Positions 1-13,188 are shown, numbered from the stretch's first letter. The stretch is DNA of 64,000 bases from Nemertoderma westbladi (GCA_032718475.1 JAUCBJ010000597.1:1-64000), one strand, 5' to 3'. The notes: generated from the sequence alone by a model not told the origin. Numbers and translations are program-made.

Positions 1-1569
1 CGCGCAGGAATGTGTTGATGTTTAATAGCACCCGCATTCCCCGCGTTAGAGAGCATCCCCAATTGGAATAAATAAATAAATTAACCCGCGTTTCGTTATG
101 TTCCTCGACTTATATTATTCTCTCCACGGACGAGTTATTAGCTGCTAGACAGGTAGACCTAGTCCCCCACAACAACGGTCATACCTTCAATCAATCAATC
201 AATTGAGCTCATATGAGCTCGTATATTAGTTTTATTTATAAATTGAAATCTCACGAATTAATAGGCCTATTAGCTGATTAGTGAACTATCATATGTTAGA
301 CCATAATATATATATTATATATTGGACCTTATCAAAATAGCGGTTGTACTGGGGCGGTATATGTTGTTCTCTAACCCACTGCAAGCGCATTTGAGGGGCC
401 GGTATGTTTTAATAACTTCTGGTACAACGGGATGCAGTATAACAGCGCCAAGTAGATTTAATCTGATCAGAATATTCCGGACGCTAAGTTCATGTCATTC
501 CCGATAAGTCGGGACTTTACAAAACTCGTGGATAAAACCGCGTGTAGCAGAGAGCAGATAAATTGGGTTGAATTGCAAAACAGAATAATATGGAACTGTA
601 AGTGGAACTGCGGCGATTTGGGTTTTTTTGTTATGGTGAATAGTCAGCCTGTCCGCGATATGTTCAGCTGCCCTTTTTAATGGGTTGCAGGTACAAATGA
701 AATACACATTGCAGTTACTAAAATAAAAGTGGCGCATATTATTGTACATTTACAACAACAATTATATAAATGCAATATGCCTGATCCCTATTAATGTACT
801 TTGTACCGCCAATTCTGTAATTCAATAACGCAAAGCCGCGTTTACTGTACAGCAGCACGTAATATATTTGATACTTATTATACTAACTAAACTAACAAAC
901 CGCAAGGCCTACTTACCGAAATAAATTAACTTTCAGTTAAATACAATATACTTGTTTGCTCTGTAAAAATTTTAATTAAAAACAATCCTGCCATTTAATA
1001 TACCTAATTAGCATGGTTGCGTAAGCAGTATGAATTGGAATGAAATTGTGAAATAATTTATTTAAACTATTATGTACATTTAGATTAAATAATAATACAG
1101 TAAGTTGGCCTACAGAAATAAACATTGATATTCGGAACAGTAAAACAATTATTTATTTCATTCATTCAACTAACCAGAGAGACTCATAGCTCCAGTGAAT
1201 ATTAACATCCCGACGTTACTTTAGTAATAATATTAATGTCATTGAACCCGATACACACACACCTCCAATCAGCCAGTTCAATGGAGAGTGAGTGAATGGA
1301 TGGCTACTAGCAGCAGCAGCAGTCTGCCTCTTACAAGCAAGGCTGACTGAATACCTCAAGTGTTGCTGGGAATCAAGCCAACTTGGATGTTAACCAATAA
1401 ATGAGCAGTATTTAATGAGAATACATTTTTTATGCCGGTTTAATTACTTTAGATCAATTAAAGACACGATTATTAAAGCAAATCACTTGAACTAATTAAA
1501 AACTATAATAGAATGGAGTATGCGGATTACATCTGTATATTTTTTAAGTATAATTATTGAAGTCTTATA

Positions 1570-1876
1570 CTGTAAAACAATTAATTTCCTTTACAAGGCA
1601 GGTTGAAAATGGTGTTTTTACCGTAATCAACTTAATTAACTAATTAACTGCTATTATCTTAGCTTCTCGAAGGCCACACGGAAATTCTACTTGGAAAATT
1701 TCTAAACTTTTGCCATACAACATGTGTACCAAGTTTGGATAGATTTCATCAAAGATTGGCCGAGTTATTAACGTTTAAAATTGAACACGACAGAACGACA
1801 GAACGACAGAACGACAGGTTGATTAATGGTACCACTACGCTAAGGCTCACTCACTTCGTGGCTCGCCCCACATAAT
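1570..1876 (+). mobile_element. Non-autonomous Helentron/HINE (DINE-1-like) element fragment
   Basis: (GACAGAAC)n microsatellite at ~1789-1816 followed by a GC-rich 3' segment GCTAAGGCTCACTCACTTCGTGGCTCGCCCCA, an architecture typical of HINEs. The 5' boundary is approximate. Confidence 0.4.
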
Positions 1877-3637
1877 CACATTTGTGCTTCGAATCAAGTT
1901 CTATTACATTTAGCCTACATTTTATACTGGGGCTTGATGTTAATTAATAACAATTAATAATTATTTGTTACCTTAATTAAATAAATAAATAATTAAATAG
2001 AAAAAGCCCTCTGCAATAGAACATAATTACTTAATTTGTAATACATGTAGCTGAGGGCGGCGAAACTCATACAGTACGAAGTGCATGTACTCTGCTGAAG
2101 TTGCTCCATGTACAGCAATCATGTTTTTACTTGTAAATGAACTGTTTTTCGCTGGTTCACAGTTTCATTAAGACACGTGTGAAACTGTATAACCATTCAG
2201 TGACACTGACCCCAGTGGTCTAAGTCACAGATTAATCTTATTTTAATGTATTATCTTTCGGAAGAGGTATATGAAATTGACTGTCAATGCATCACAGTGC
2301 GACATTTCCAATCTGACCATCATCGTCTTGTTGTGCGCAGAACTCAACTCAGTCTTCGTTTTAGAGAGTTTGCAGATGTCATCCACCCGGCCTGACTGGT
2401 TGCGTTGAAGAACCAATAGTGTGGAGGAAGAATTCACTACTAGGTCAGGTCTCAAACAGAGATGATGCACTGGAATGGATCAGTCTGAGAGGTACAGTAC
2501 ATACAGTACAGTTTGTTAACGCGGTGAATGACGACACGGATACTAAGGAAAGTACGAACTAGCAGAAGTCCAACAGGCGTAGGTTCAGCAACTCAATTGC
2601 TGCTAACGTGCTGCTTTGGTTGTCGTCGTCGTGTATTTTTGCAGATGTCTTCGCATTCAAGAAAAATCATTAGATTAGTTGCTTCTTTTCCAAATAATTT
2701 ACCTTTCGATTAGTGTTGTTGTGAAACTTGCCATTCACAATTGTCAATAATCACATGTAGATCGTAAGATTTAATTGGAATAAGTGATAGAACAAAACAA
2801 TATCAAATAATCAGAGCAGTACCCGGTATCTGTCGCAACAGTTGTAAGTGCAGTTAGTTAGTTCTGTAAAGTACAGTAGTACCTATTAAGTAGCTATTAA
2901 CTTAAGGGGAGTAGAATAGGCATTTTTTCAATACAAACTACTATTAAGCCTCGGTACTATTTAAGAACGCATCAGATTACTTTATAGGCCAACTGTTCTT
3001 ACATTCCAACCGGAATTTAATGGGCTTTCTGGTGAACCAATTATTTTTTTAATTTCAATTTTTTTTTCATATATTTAGCTTATTTTTTGAAAAATGGACC
3101 TAATTAAAAAAAAAATAGCCAAATAATTAGTGTCACAAACATTAAAATCACAATTCGGTGTTTATGCGTACATTATATAAAAAAATAATTGGTTCACGTT
3201 ATTCTACGGTAAAAAATGATCCTAGTGAGAAATGTTCAAGTCTATAACTCAAATAGCAGCTGAGAAAAATGTACCGAAAAATTTGAAAAACACATTTTGA
3301 GAAAACTCAGTTCAAATGTGAACCTTCCCGCGCAAAAACTGTGTTATTATGAAATTTCAATCTGTCAATATATGCCTAGCAAAAAGAAAGCACAAAACCA
3401 TGCTAAGATTTTTGCTATGGGGTTTTCCTGGTCGCTGATTTATTTCTGAGGTCAGTTTTCACTTTTAATGAAATCTTGTTTGTCTGTATGTAGGTCTGTC
3501 GGTCTTTCTGACTATCCGACAATCTGCCGTCAAATATAAGAAAAGGGCATACAATCTAGTTTAAAGTTTAGCTAGGAGTTTTCCTGGTCGCAGAATTCAT
3601 TTCGAGTGTCAGATTTAACATTAGAAGACTTCCAAAT

Positions 3638-4079
3638 TGTCTGTTTGGCAGTCAGTCAGTCGGTTATATTTTGACGGACATAATACTTGTAGGACTATGG
3701 ATAGGCCATGGCCTATCACGGTATCAGACTATATACTAGTAGCAGTAGGTTTACCTACTGCTGTACTGTTATCAGTACCGGTCTGTTCTACTCTGTACAC
3801 TGTATAGTGCCTATTTGATTATGCTACGGTACCGGTGAAGGGTATTGCTGTACTCCTGTCTGTTTGGCAGTCAGTCAGTCGGTTATATTTTGACGGACAT
3901 ACTACTTGTAGGACTATGGATAGGCCATGGCCTATCACGGTATCAGACTATATACTAGTAGCAGTAGGTTTACCTACTGCTGTACTGTTATCAGTACCGG
4001 TCTGTTCTACTCTGTACACTGTATAGTGCCTATTTGATTATGCTACGGTACCGGTGAAGGGTATTGCTGTACTCCTGTC
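3638..4079 (+). repeat. 219-bp direct tandem duplication (2 near-identical copies) just upstream of the 4170 ORF
   Basis: The block TGTCTGTTTGGCAGTCAGTCAGTCGG...GGTATTGCTGTACTCC starts at 3638 and again at 3857. Confidence 0.95.
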
Positions 4080-4169
4080 GTCTATCATATTATAGAACAA
4101 CAAACAAACAATAATTCCCGAACATCTGCTTAAGCTATTGTGGATTGAGAAATATAAAGTGACACGCAC

Positions 4170-5717
4170 ATGGACCCACTGAATCACTTGAGAGGGTTGG
4201 CAGAGATATTAAAGAAGACAGATGTCTTGGACAAAGCTGCTGAGATGAGAATAGCCAAATCTGAAGGGACCTCATTTCGAGAAATTAAACCATCTGGGAC
4301 GGTGCCTTATCCTCACTATAATCCTTACATAGTGTATGCACATGCCGTGGTTGGTCAGAGAGCAGAGACAAGGCTGAATTATTTGGGGATATCCTCTTTT
4401 CTGTATCACACAGTTGCTGGATCAACGGTGATCACTATGCCTCCCGCCAACGATGTTGCTGTCATCACAAAGACACTGAGCCATGCTAAAGATATCCCGT
4501 TTATCCAGTGGTTCATGTGCTGTATGGACACGCCACTCGGCATAGAAACCTTAGTGACTATGTTTCCTGATTACAAACAAGCATTCGCCCTGGCTTGCGG
4601 TGCTGGAAGCCGTTTCAAGCTGCCAGATTATCAGAGGATAGGATGGAAGCTCTACAAGGATATCACTGCTGGAACTGGAATTGGTGGATCTGAACTGTTG
4701 GACGCTACGAATATTCAAGAAGTGGGTGATGCCATCACAGAGCAGTTCAACAAGCATTACGAATCAATGCTTCTAAATACCATGGTCAAGACGCTACATC
4801 AGCTAATATCTTTGGGTATCTGCAAAGAAAGCAAATTTGCACAGACCGTAGACAATAGGATCGAGACTTACAAGAAAAGCACATTTGATCCCTCTCTGAT
4901 GGTGGGATCCACAGTGTTCATGAACCAGTTGACTAGTACAGTAGAACTGAAGGACGCAGTAAGGACAGCTGTCAGTGAAAAAGAAGCCCAAGCAGATATC
5001 CATGATAAGATGATCCAGTGGTACATTCAGCCCTTGTTTGGACAGTCCACTTATCCCCATCTTCTAGTACAGGCCCTTCTGAACAATGGACAGCTATTAC
5101 AAGCCTTGTCCATGATGGTGGACACCAGGATCATCATGGAAATCAAAAACTTGTACAATGATTCAGATATGTTTTATAAAAGAGCAATGAGGGAGGGTTC
5201 TATTTGCCCCGCCAAGCTGATCATGATGGAGTACAAAGGGGAATATGTTAGAAATGGGAGATTGACCTTGTCTTACATGTTCGGTAGAAACTTTGCTTTC
5301 CCAACGAACATAAAAACCTATGAACAAACAGCCATCATAAATACGGCAACTCAACTACGAGAAATGGAATATCTAGTGGCTTGTGCTAGCTACACTATAA
5401 CATATAATTCTGACAATCCCATATCGGCTCCAATATCACTAGTAGAGGTCAGCAGTGCCAGGGTAGCTATGGTCATAGACAAGACAATTGCTAAGATCGA
5501 TGGAATCAAACCAGAACGAGAAGCAATATGGAAATCGTTGGGACTGGATGATCAACCAAACCAGAATCCGAAAAGGCCCGGAAACAAAGGAGGAAATCCC
5601 ACTCCAACTTTCCAAGGCCCAGACCCGCCAAGAAACCAAGCCACCAGCGGCCAAAGCCAGCCCGCACCCCAGAAACCAACCGGTAGAAATCCCTTTGGAT
5701 CTGACTGGAATTACTAA
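4170..5717 (+). CDS. Intronless 515-aa ORF; probable endogenous viral element, nucleoprotein of a Mononegavirales/Jingchuvirales-like virus
   Basis: Long uninterrupted ORF whose A-rich, CpG-poor composition differs from the flanks. Apparently helical core plus disordered P/Q/G/N tail. Motif order LISLGICK..KF..TVDNRIETY / LFGQSTYPHLLVQAL / CPAKL / LTLSYMF / TNIKTY recalls borna/nyami/chuvirus N. The ORF is solid; the family is inferred. Confidence 0.55.
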   Translation: MDPLNHLRGLAEILKKTDVLDKAAEMRIAKSEGTSFREIKPSGTVPYPHYNPYIVYAHAVVGQRAETRLNYLGISSFLYHTVAGSTVITMPPANDVAVITKTLSHAKDIPFIQWFMCCMDTPLGIETLVTMFPDYKQAFALACGAGSRFKLPDYQRIGWKLYKDITAGTGIGGSELLDATNIQEVGDAITEQFNKHYESMLLNTMVKTLHQLISLGICKESKFAQTVDNRIETYKKSTFDPSLMVGSTVFMNQLTSTVELKDAVRTAVSEKEAQADIHDKMIQWYIQPLFGQSTYPHLLVQALLNNGQLLQALSMMVDTRIIMEIKNLYNDSDMFYKRAMREGSICPAKLIMMEYKGEYVRNGRLTLSYMFGRNFAFPTNIKTYEQTAIINTATQLREMEYLVACASYTITYNSDNPISAPISLVEVSSARVAMVIDKTIAKIDGIKPEREAIWKSLGLDDQPNQNPKRPGNKGGNPTPTFQGPDPPRNQATSGQSQPAPQKPTGRNPFGSDWNY

Positions 5718-8700
5718 TTACTGTGTATCAAGCCCCATGAGTATGATAGTCACTGTGCTTGTTCAAATATAATCAAATATATGCCTATTCTGCTTATTAT
5801 ATTATATATGCAATATCGTATACTTTATATTTACATTTGCATCCTACAATACTGACAGGCATACACATACAGACAGAAACGACGAGGCTAAATAAGAATA
5901 TTGACATCAGAAATGAAGTCACCGACCACGAAAACCCATATATGGAATTTTTTAGACAGATAGTTTGCTTTTTATTGACGGACAGACATTCTGACGGACA
6001 AACCGACAGTAAAACGGACAGATAGCCATATCTCGAGAAGTCACACAGATCTTGCTAAACAGTTTAAAAATTTGGAATCTTCATAAAAATCGGCTGTAAA
6101 TGAAATAGAATAAAAAAAATTTGAAAAAAAAATATGAATGCCGCATATTGAATACTATATTATTATAATATATTTAAACACTACATATTGAATACTATAT
6201 TATTATAATATATTTAAACATATTGAATAAATTAAGACATTTCTCACTTCTTTGTTGGATAGGCATTTGGTGTAGGCCTAATTGTTCTAGTAAGATCCAC
6301 ATTTGGTGCGCTTGTAGTTGTAGTAAGATCGGCATCACGCTTCTCCCGTAATTGATTTATTAACATTCTAAACAAATAAACGGCATTTTTACAGTAAATG
6401 AAAGAGCATATACTGTAGCATAGTACTGTAGCTTTAGAAGCTTAAGTATTCTAGAGCTTTAAATACCATATATTATTGTCTTCATTATCTATTTATATAC
6501 ATGACTTTCTATCTGCCTGAGTATCTACATGTGTCTGAGTGTTTGTCATAGCAAAATAAAGAATGTGATGTGCTACAGTATTTAGATTGAGGGGGGGGGG
6601 GGGGGGGCACTTGACGCAGGAGAAATCAACGAAAATTAGAACTGATTACCCTTAAACTTTAACTGTAACCTGTTCTATTGACTTTCATTTATCGCTTTTG
6701 TTAGAACATATCATGCTGCCACTGCAACCTGCCCCTTTCCCTTAATTGATAATCCACTTCAAACATACTAATTCGTTTATTGTTTTGGTTAAATTCAGCT
6801 CTTTGGTTACCTGCGTTTTTTTGTGAAAACATGGAATTCTTGGCAGTGGGGTAAACTGCATAAAGTATATTTACAGTAACAGTTAACAGTATAAAGTCTG
6901 GTATACTTCACATGGGTCGGTTGATTGGGACCTACCAAGAATTCAGAAAGTATTTAGAGCAATAATTTTTAATTGCTACAGTATATATATTTTACATGCT
7001 ACCGGAAGTTTGATTACCTTATATTTAGTTTTCCATCATCGCCAGTGTTGGGTCTACCCATCACCGCTACAGACAAAGACCCCAAAACGAAAATGTAAGT
7101 GAACATTTTAATTTATATGTGGGTTGAATGCCACGATGATTTCCAAACATTCCCGCCAAATCACTGTTTTAAACCATTAAATAATACTAGTTTGGTTATT
7201 GTTTGTTAAAATGCAATCATCAACTCTACTCTATGTAGTAAAGTACTAAAATGAATTCGCATTGTCACAAACGTTCTATCAAAGACACGTGCCACTCGCC
7301 TCGTAATGTGAGACCGTAAATAATCAATTTAACTGTTGGAATTGGAAACATAAGTAAAGTTACTTCCTTCACGTTTTGACGTAAATCACGCCCATCTGTG
7401 GTACACAAACATTATTACCAACTTTCTTCGTGGTTAGATTTCCTATACAACACCTACCGTAAACCTAGCGAGAAGCGAGCCACGAGCGAGATCAGTTTTC
7501 AGTGAGTTGAGTTCTACACTAGTACTGTGACAGAGCTTCTTTCTCTTTGACCTCTAGATCATATTGGTTGGTAAGACTGACAAGGATAATAATCAATAAA
7601 CACTGAAATATATAAAATATGGGGGGTCATATTCTCTCAGTTTCTCAGCCTTTATGTCTACTGTCACAACAACAACAATTACATTATTTTTTAAGGGTGG
7701 GTCCCTCTCCCTACAACAACTGCATAGCTCTATAAAGAGGCAGTTACGTTATAACAATAACTTGTGTTTAGTTCTACAGTACAGTAATTACCACACGGAA
7801 AACTGCAACTAACCAAACTGTTAGGGCTACTAAATACTGAAACAGGTCAGCAATGCACAAATAGCCTATCCAACCCAATATTATTTAATTAAGAAATCGC
7901 TCTGATGAGGTTAGAACCCAGAACGAGGTTAGAATTATTACGATAACAAGAAAGGTTATATGCGAACAGGCGTCTACGCGGTTCAATATAATTACTGGCT
8001 ATGTATTTGGATACAATAATTGTAATAAAACTCTGCACTTAGCACATTGACGACAGTGTTAGAAATAGCCAGTCACCAAGACAGTAAGACTAGCCAATCA
8101 GTATCAAGTACGCACTCACACTGAATTTAATTTAATATACTGTATTATCCATGGAATTATATGGAAATTGACCCTGGAATACAATAAAATTATTATTAAT
8201 ATCAATCATTTATAATACAACTTCATCATTGCATATATTACATTATACAACACAAGCAAGTTGTTAAAATTAAATGTCAAACACCCGAATTAGTTAACGT
8301 GGTTGCTATGACCCGTGTCTGCATTATGAACCTGTACTGCGGCAACAGCCAGTCGCGAGGGTAATACGCATCCAATAGCCTACTGTATAATGTATTCTCA
8401 TTCTCATGTTGGTGCTACTCTCTTAACCCCATGAAATGTGGGGTGTAAACGGTAAGCCGACAACTGACAGCCGACAACCACTGCTGACAACAGCAAATAT
8501 AAAAATGTAACATGAGTTAGTGACTCTTGTTTATTGTTTTGGTTAGAATAACCTTCCACTGTAACCTGTTCCTTTCCCTCAATTAATAAATAACATTAAT
8601 TAGCTTTAATAATGGTTATCGGCGTTGGTTGTCGGCTGTCGGTTGTCGGCGTAGCGTTTACACCCTGAAATTTGTGAGATTTCATTAAAGTATTAATATA

Positions 8701-9875
8701 ATCATAATAGCACTGCTAAGCTATAGCTATATGCGTTGCTCTTATAATAATTATATTTAAATGGAATTATGTAGTTATATTTATAATCGACAGTCTTACT
8801 CTCTTACAGAATACATTATGTTGTTATTAATATACAAAAATAAGCACCTGATCAGCGCATAGATGCAAGGGTGTATCATGCAAAATACACAAAACACTCA
8901 TGTGAAGAATACATGGTTTTCACGTTTCGGTCAAAATGTTATTGGAACGAACTGCAATTAAAAATGTGACAGCATAGCCGACGCAAGACGCATAGGGACT
9001 GGACGCAATAAAAATCCATCCCTCTCCAGGGGAAATTGGACGCAAATAACACACGATTACTTTCAAAAATAATACTGAAACCTGTTCTATTGTGTTTAGT
9101 TTATTGTTTTGGTTAAAATAACGTGCCACTGTAACCTGCTCCTTTCCATAAATTGAGAATTTAACATTGAGGCTGGATATTAATTCGCCAAGGCGAGTTT
9201 GGCGTCCAGTTTCCCCCTTGTCTCTAAATGTGAGGGTATTCAAATTTGTTTAACATATTTTGGGTCAGCGCGTTAGTGGCAATATTATTGGTGGCGTTAT
9301 TTGAGAAAGGCTCTTTCACATTTTCGTGCTAATTTCTGCCTGATGTATAAGAAACCTTCACCGAAACTTCAGGCTTATGACTAGCTTCTGATTCGTTATC
9401 GAGAAACCATATACGCTATTACACACCCAGACGTGACGTGTACAGTAGGCCCTAAAGTACATTATATAAAAAATACAGTTATAAGAATATTTTTAACATT
9501 GTTTTATATTTATTAACATAAACATTATATAAATAAACACATTCAAGTTACGGCCTAAATGTTAAATTAGGCCTATATCAGTTGCCTGAATCTGTCCATG
9601 ACAGTAAAGTAAGGTAAAGTTATCGGGGAACCTGAAACACTAACTACCGGGGGCATCACGAAGGCTCCGCTCTCTTGGCTGTTACCTGTAATGCAGATTG
9701 GCCGCCACACCAACTCCCAAGGTTGATATTTCTCACTATCTCTTCACTGACTCTACACAACCTGGAGATAACGCTTATGTGGCTCCTTAAATAATTCATT
9801 CGGGTAATATTTTTTTAGAAATTAACATTAGTAATACATAAATATATTATCAAACTTCGTATTTTCCTATTTTAG

Positions 9876-10046
9876 GTGTGTAGAAAGTATAAAATAGAGA
9901 CTGATGATGGCACTAAGTGTGAGGACTCGTGTGGTAGTCCTTACGAAGATGATGGCGGTGCGTTGACTTTAAAGGACGATATACTCTATTCTTGGGATAT
10001 AACTGGCAGCTGTTTGGAGGAATGTCCGAAAGGCACATTTATATTG
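9876..10046 (+). CDS. EGFR: EGFR-family RTK exon, furin-like domain II (VCRKYK...CLEECPKGTFIL)
   Basis: ttttag|GTG acceptor, TTG|gtatgt donor, phase 0/0. Resembles human EGFR VCRKFRDEATCKDTC...CVKKCP. Confidence 0.9.
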
Positions 10047-10512
10047 GTATGTGATTTTTTTATTTCTATTGGAAAGCGTTGATACCAATACTGCACCATG
10101 CCCTGGAATGTACTGGATAGTTGTGACGAAATTCTGGACATGGTTTATCTTTATTTCATGTCAATATATAGAATCAATATATATATATATATATCAATAT
10201 ACAACCGATGGGTTTGAATGTTCTCAACGAGGCGGTGATCAATAACTTTGGACTTGATGTTTTCAATCCTTAAGAATTATAAAGATTTAAGATTCACAGA
10301 TTTAAAAAACTCATTAGTTGCTAGGGTAGTATTATTATTTGTAGTGCAATAATTCTAGAATATCGTTCATTTGAAAAAGATAGAGAGAGCTATTGAAAGC
10401 TAATAATAAAAAAATAAATTTTTAGTGATTGATCATATAAGTTGTCACTTTTTGAATTCTTAAAATAATATTATATCAATATATATACAATTCCATTTCA
10501 TTTTCAATGTAG

Positions 10513-10690
10513 ATCACCCACGAACGCGCCATGTGTCTCAAACAATGTCCGGAATCCATGCCGAGCGGCCAGAAATATTACCCATCCCCGGAAACCTACC
10601 AATGTCTGCCATGTACTAATTTCTGCCCGAAATCATGTTTTATTGACATTGACAGTCATCTTGATAAAACGAATATTGGGAAATTTAAAG
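10513..10690 (+). CDS. EGFR: EGFR exon, end of domain II/start of L2 (ITHERAMCLKQCP...CPKSC...TNIGKFK)
   Basis: tgtag|ATC acceptor, AAAG|gttagt donor, phase 0/1. TNIGKFKGC matches EGFR TNIKHFKNC. Confidence 0.9.
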
Positions 10691-10710
10691 GTTAGTTAAT
10701 TATTATTAGT

Positions 10711-10820
10711 AAGTAAGCAAGCAAACATTCGGCCGAAGCCGGAGGCGACCCGATGGCTCCTCTTTCGATAGCTGCTACCCGAGGGTAGGGGTGGGCGCTA
10801 CTCCTATCCCAAGATTTGCT
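10711..10820 (-). mobile_element. Short interspersed repeat, probable 3' tail of an RTE-type LINE/SINE
   Basis: Near-identical ~105-bp copy at 44815-44919. Ends on the minus strand in a short simple-repeat tail (TTGCTTGCTTACTT). The RTE assignment is from recalled similarity only. Confidence 0.6.
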
Positions 10821-11199
10821 CCCAGTTGTTTAACTGGTACTCATTAGTAAGTAAGCCTACTATATTATGTGTATCATTTAATCCGGGCACAAAGCGAGCC
10901 TTTAGTGGTACCAATCAACTTGTCGGGTTGGAGTTCTGGAATTGCGTATATATTTTAGCGTTACTCGGTCAATATTTATGGAAATGTACCAAACTTGGTA
11001 CACAACGCATTCTGATCAAAGTTTAGATATATTTTGCAAAGTTTGCCTTGTGGGTCGTTCGCGTACCACGTGAGAGGCTGCATACGTATCGTGCCACGTA
11101 AAGAGCCCACGAACATGTAGCAACGGCCTGCACTTATGTGCAGTGCTGTGGATCCAGCAACATAGCGCCCCCAGATCTCACGGAAAGCCACAAACTTTC

Positions 11200-11650
11200 C
11201 CAGTTCATCCCTATTCCGAAATCCGGTTTACTTTAAGGTTTACTTTATCCGCGTTTAAGGAAAGTCATTGGCTGTCCATCACGTAAATTCTGCCACAGCA
11301 CGAGGTTGTGTATAGATTGATCCTGCTGGCGAAAACAGCGCCCATCAAGCTTCTTGTAGCGTGTCTCTGCAGGGTGATGCTGGATCATGACTGGATCAGA
11401 TGTAACAATAGCTATATATCACCTCATTGCTCATTATGTGCATCATGTGCAATGGTGTGCACCCCGGACAGCATCCTGGTATATGGACCATCCAGAGACC
11501 TGGTGTCTCCAACATTTAGATCCCACCCACCATATGGGCTGCCATACTTCCATAGAGCAGCGTACTGTAGGCCCACTGCTACATGGAAAGGACGCGCCTT
11601 TAAAGAGCACGAGATATCACTGCAGCCTCCTCTAAAGTATATAACAGTTT
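11200..11650 (-). pseudogene. Degenerate RTE-clade LINE reverse transcriptase C-terminal fragment
   Basis: Minus-strand remnants LLYGS...LDGPYTRML and RYKKLDGRCFR resemble the RTE motif LLYG..W...LDG.YTRMLR...RRL..AGHC.R. Stops and frameshifts present. Confidence 0.55.
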
Positions 11651-13035
11651 CTGTGCTCCGACCAATGTCTCTGATAGTAGACCAAGGTCGTCAGTAAACT
11701 CAAGATTGGTTAGTGGTTAAGCCTAATGAAACAACTGTATAATAACTGTAACACTTCGACCCGTTTCCAAACTCGCGATTTTACAACGTCTGGCTGCACT
11801 GTTGGAAGGTCCAGTAAGAAAAGTTGCATGCTACATATCTTCGGTTTTGGATTTGTATCAAGATTGATTTCTCTTAACAATTATTCTTTAGATATCCTAT
11901 ATGTACAGGTTCTTTAATGTTTTTGGATGGAAGTCTATTTCGTTGCTGGAACTCGGGCACTGTTTGTAAATAATCGCCAGGTTGTCGATGGAACTTTCTA
12001 TCTAAAATCCCAGTTTTCCTTAACAAATTTATCTGTACCCAACCCACCTTTTGGGATCGAAACGTAATCTGCTGTCTTAACAGCACTCTGTCTAACCCCC
12101 CTCTAGCGGGAGTGTTGGCAGACTACTTTTGGATCAAAACGTGACCAACTGGCGACTCAGCAATCTCCTTGGCTACCCAATCAGGACGCGTCCTTGGAAG
12201 GTATTTAAGGCGCTGCTCTCCACTTTTCTTCACTTTCAAGTCGACAACCTGGTGCCTTGTGCAAACTCCTGCTGCAAAGTTTAGTGATTTAATTGTTTTA
12301 TCTTCTATTTCCTTATTATTCATCGAATTATTAAAAATAAACTCAGTTATCGCACTCATCTCAAAATCAACTTTTTCAACTTTCACCTTAAGAAATCTTC
12401 TACTTCTACATTGGGAGCCGTCACATAGTTGCACTCCCTTGGCAACTAACGTTGCTATACTACATCGAAGGACTCTCTCTACATCTCTCATCGCCCTGTT
12501 TGCCACACTGTTTTTAGTTTTGATGTTTTGTGTTTAATTGAACATAGATACTACCTAAATGGACTACAGTATAACGGTTTATAATTGTGTAATAATGCTA
12601 CTGTACATCCCCTTCCCCTTCCCCTTGTATTTGTATTTAGTTAAAGAAATGGTGACGGGACAGTACAGTATGTTTTGTATATTTGACATGATTGTAGTCA
12701 ATAATAATATACGGTAAATAATCTTACAATTAGAATACAATGGCTATCGTCAATGGTGAAGACTCAAGTTTATTATTGTTACTAAGTTATTGATTACTTT
12801 GTGACGTTCCGTCCTATAGGCCTCTAACGCTGCAAAGTGGTACTTTTCCGTCTACTGTAGGCCTAGGGTGAGATTATCAGAATTTTCTGTCTGCAGCAGA
12901 ACGCAGATAGGTTACAGTACCGTTATTGTTTTATTCAAATATTGTTATACTGTAGCTAGGCTGCATTAATGTAGGCCCTATACTGTAGCTGAAAATGCTT
13001 TATTTATGTATTACGATATTCATAATTCGATTTAG

Positions 13036-13188
13036 GTTGCAATATTATTCAAGGAAGCATACATATCATGCAAGAATCGTTTATAGGTGAAGCCAACATA
13101 ACTGTTAATGATCTGGAAGATAACCTAGAAGACATAACTGATATTACGGGTTATTTTGCAATAATGACGGATTATCCGCCAGAAACGT
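13036..13188 (+). CDS. EGFR: EGFR exon, L2 domain (GCNIIQGSIHI...ITDITGYFAI)
   Basis: tttag|GT acceptor, ACGT|gtgagt donor, phase 1/1. Matches the L-domain pattern C..I.G.LHI...I.EITG(F/Y)L.I. Confidence 0.9.

Larger units (their letters stand above)
3416..5940. repeat. Imperfect inverted repeats (foldback/non-autonomous DNA element-like) bracketing the 4170 ORF
   Basis: 3416-3454 TATGGGGTTTTCCTGGTCGCTGATTTATTTCTGAGGTCA (second copy near 3577) matches the reverse complement of 5902-5940, TATGGGTTTTCGTGGTCGGTGACTTCATTTCTGATGTCA. GTCT-rich tracts on the left mirror GACA-rich tracts on the right. Confidence 0.6.

Noticed and set aside
2902-6654. TTAA|GGGG...CCC|TTAA as Kolobok/piggyBac-type ends enclosing the viral-like ORF
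   Set aside because: The terminal match is only ~3 bp beyond TTAA, too weak to define an element.
7029-7094. Possible small exon (tttag|TTTTCC...GAAAAT|gtaagt)
   Set aside because: The splice signals are good, but neither open frame gives the Cys-rich sequence expected before VCRKY. It cannot be assigned without transcripts.
7900-7960. CTGATGAG hammerhead-ribozyme-like core (and CCTGATGT...CGAAAC..CAGG near 9339-9373)
   Set aside because: No convincing stem II with a correctly placed GAAA at the first site, and the second has a mutated core.
12123-12506. 127-aa minus-strand ORF
   Set aside because: No firm motif. Possibly a decayed retroelement 5' region next to the RTE fragment, but unsupported as a gene.
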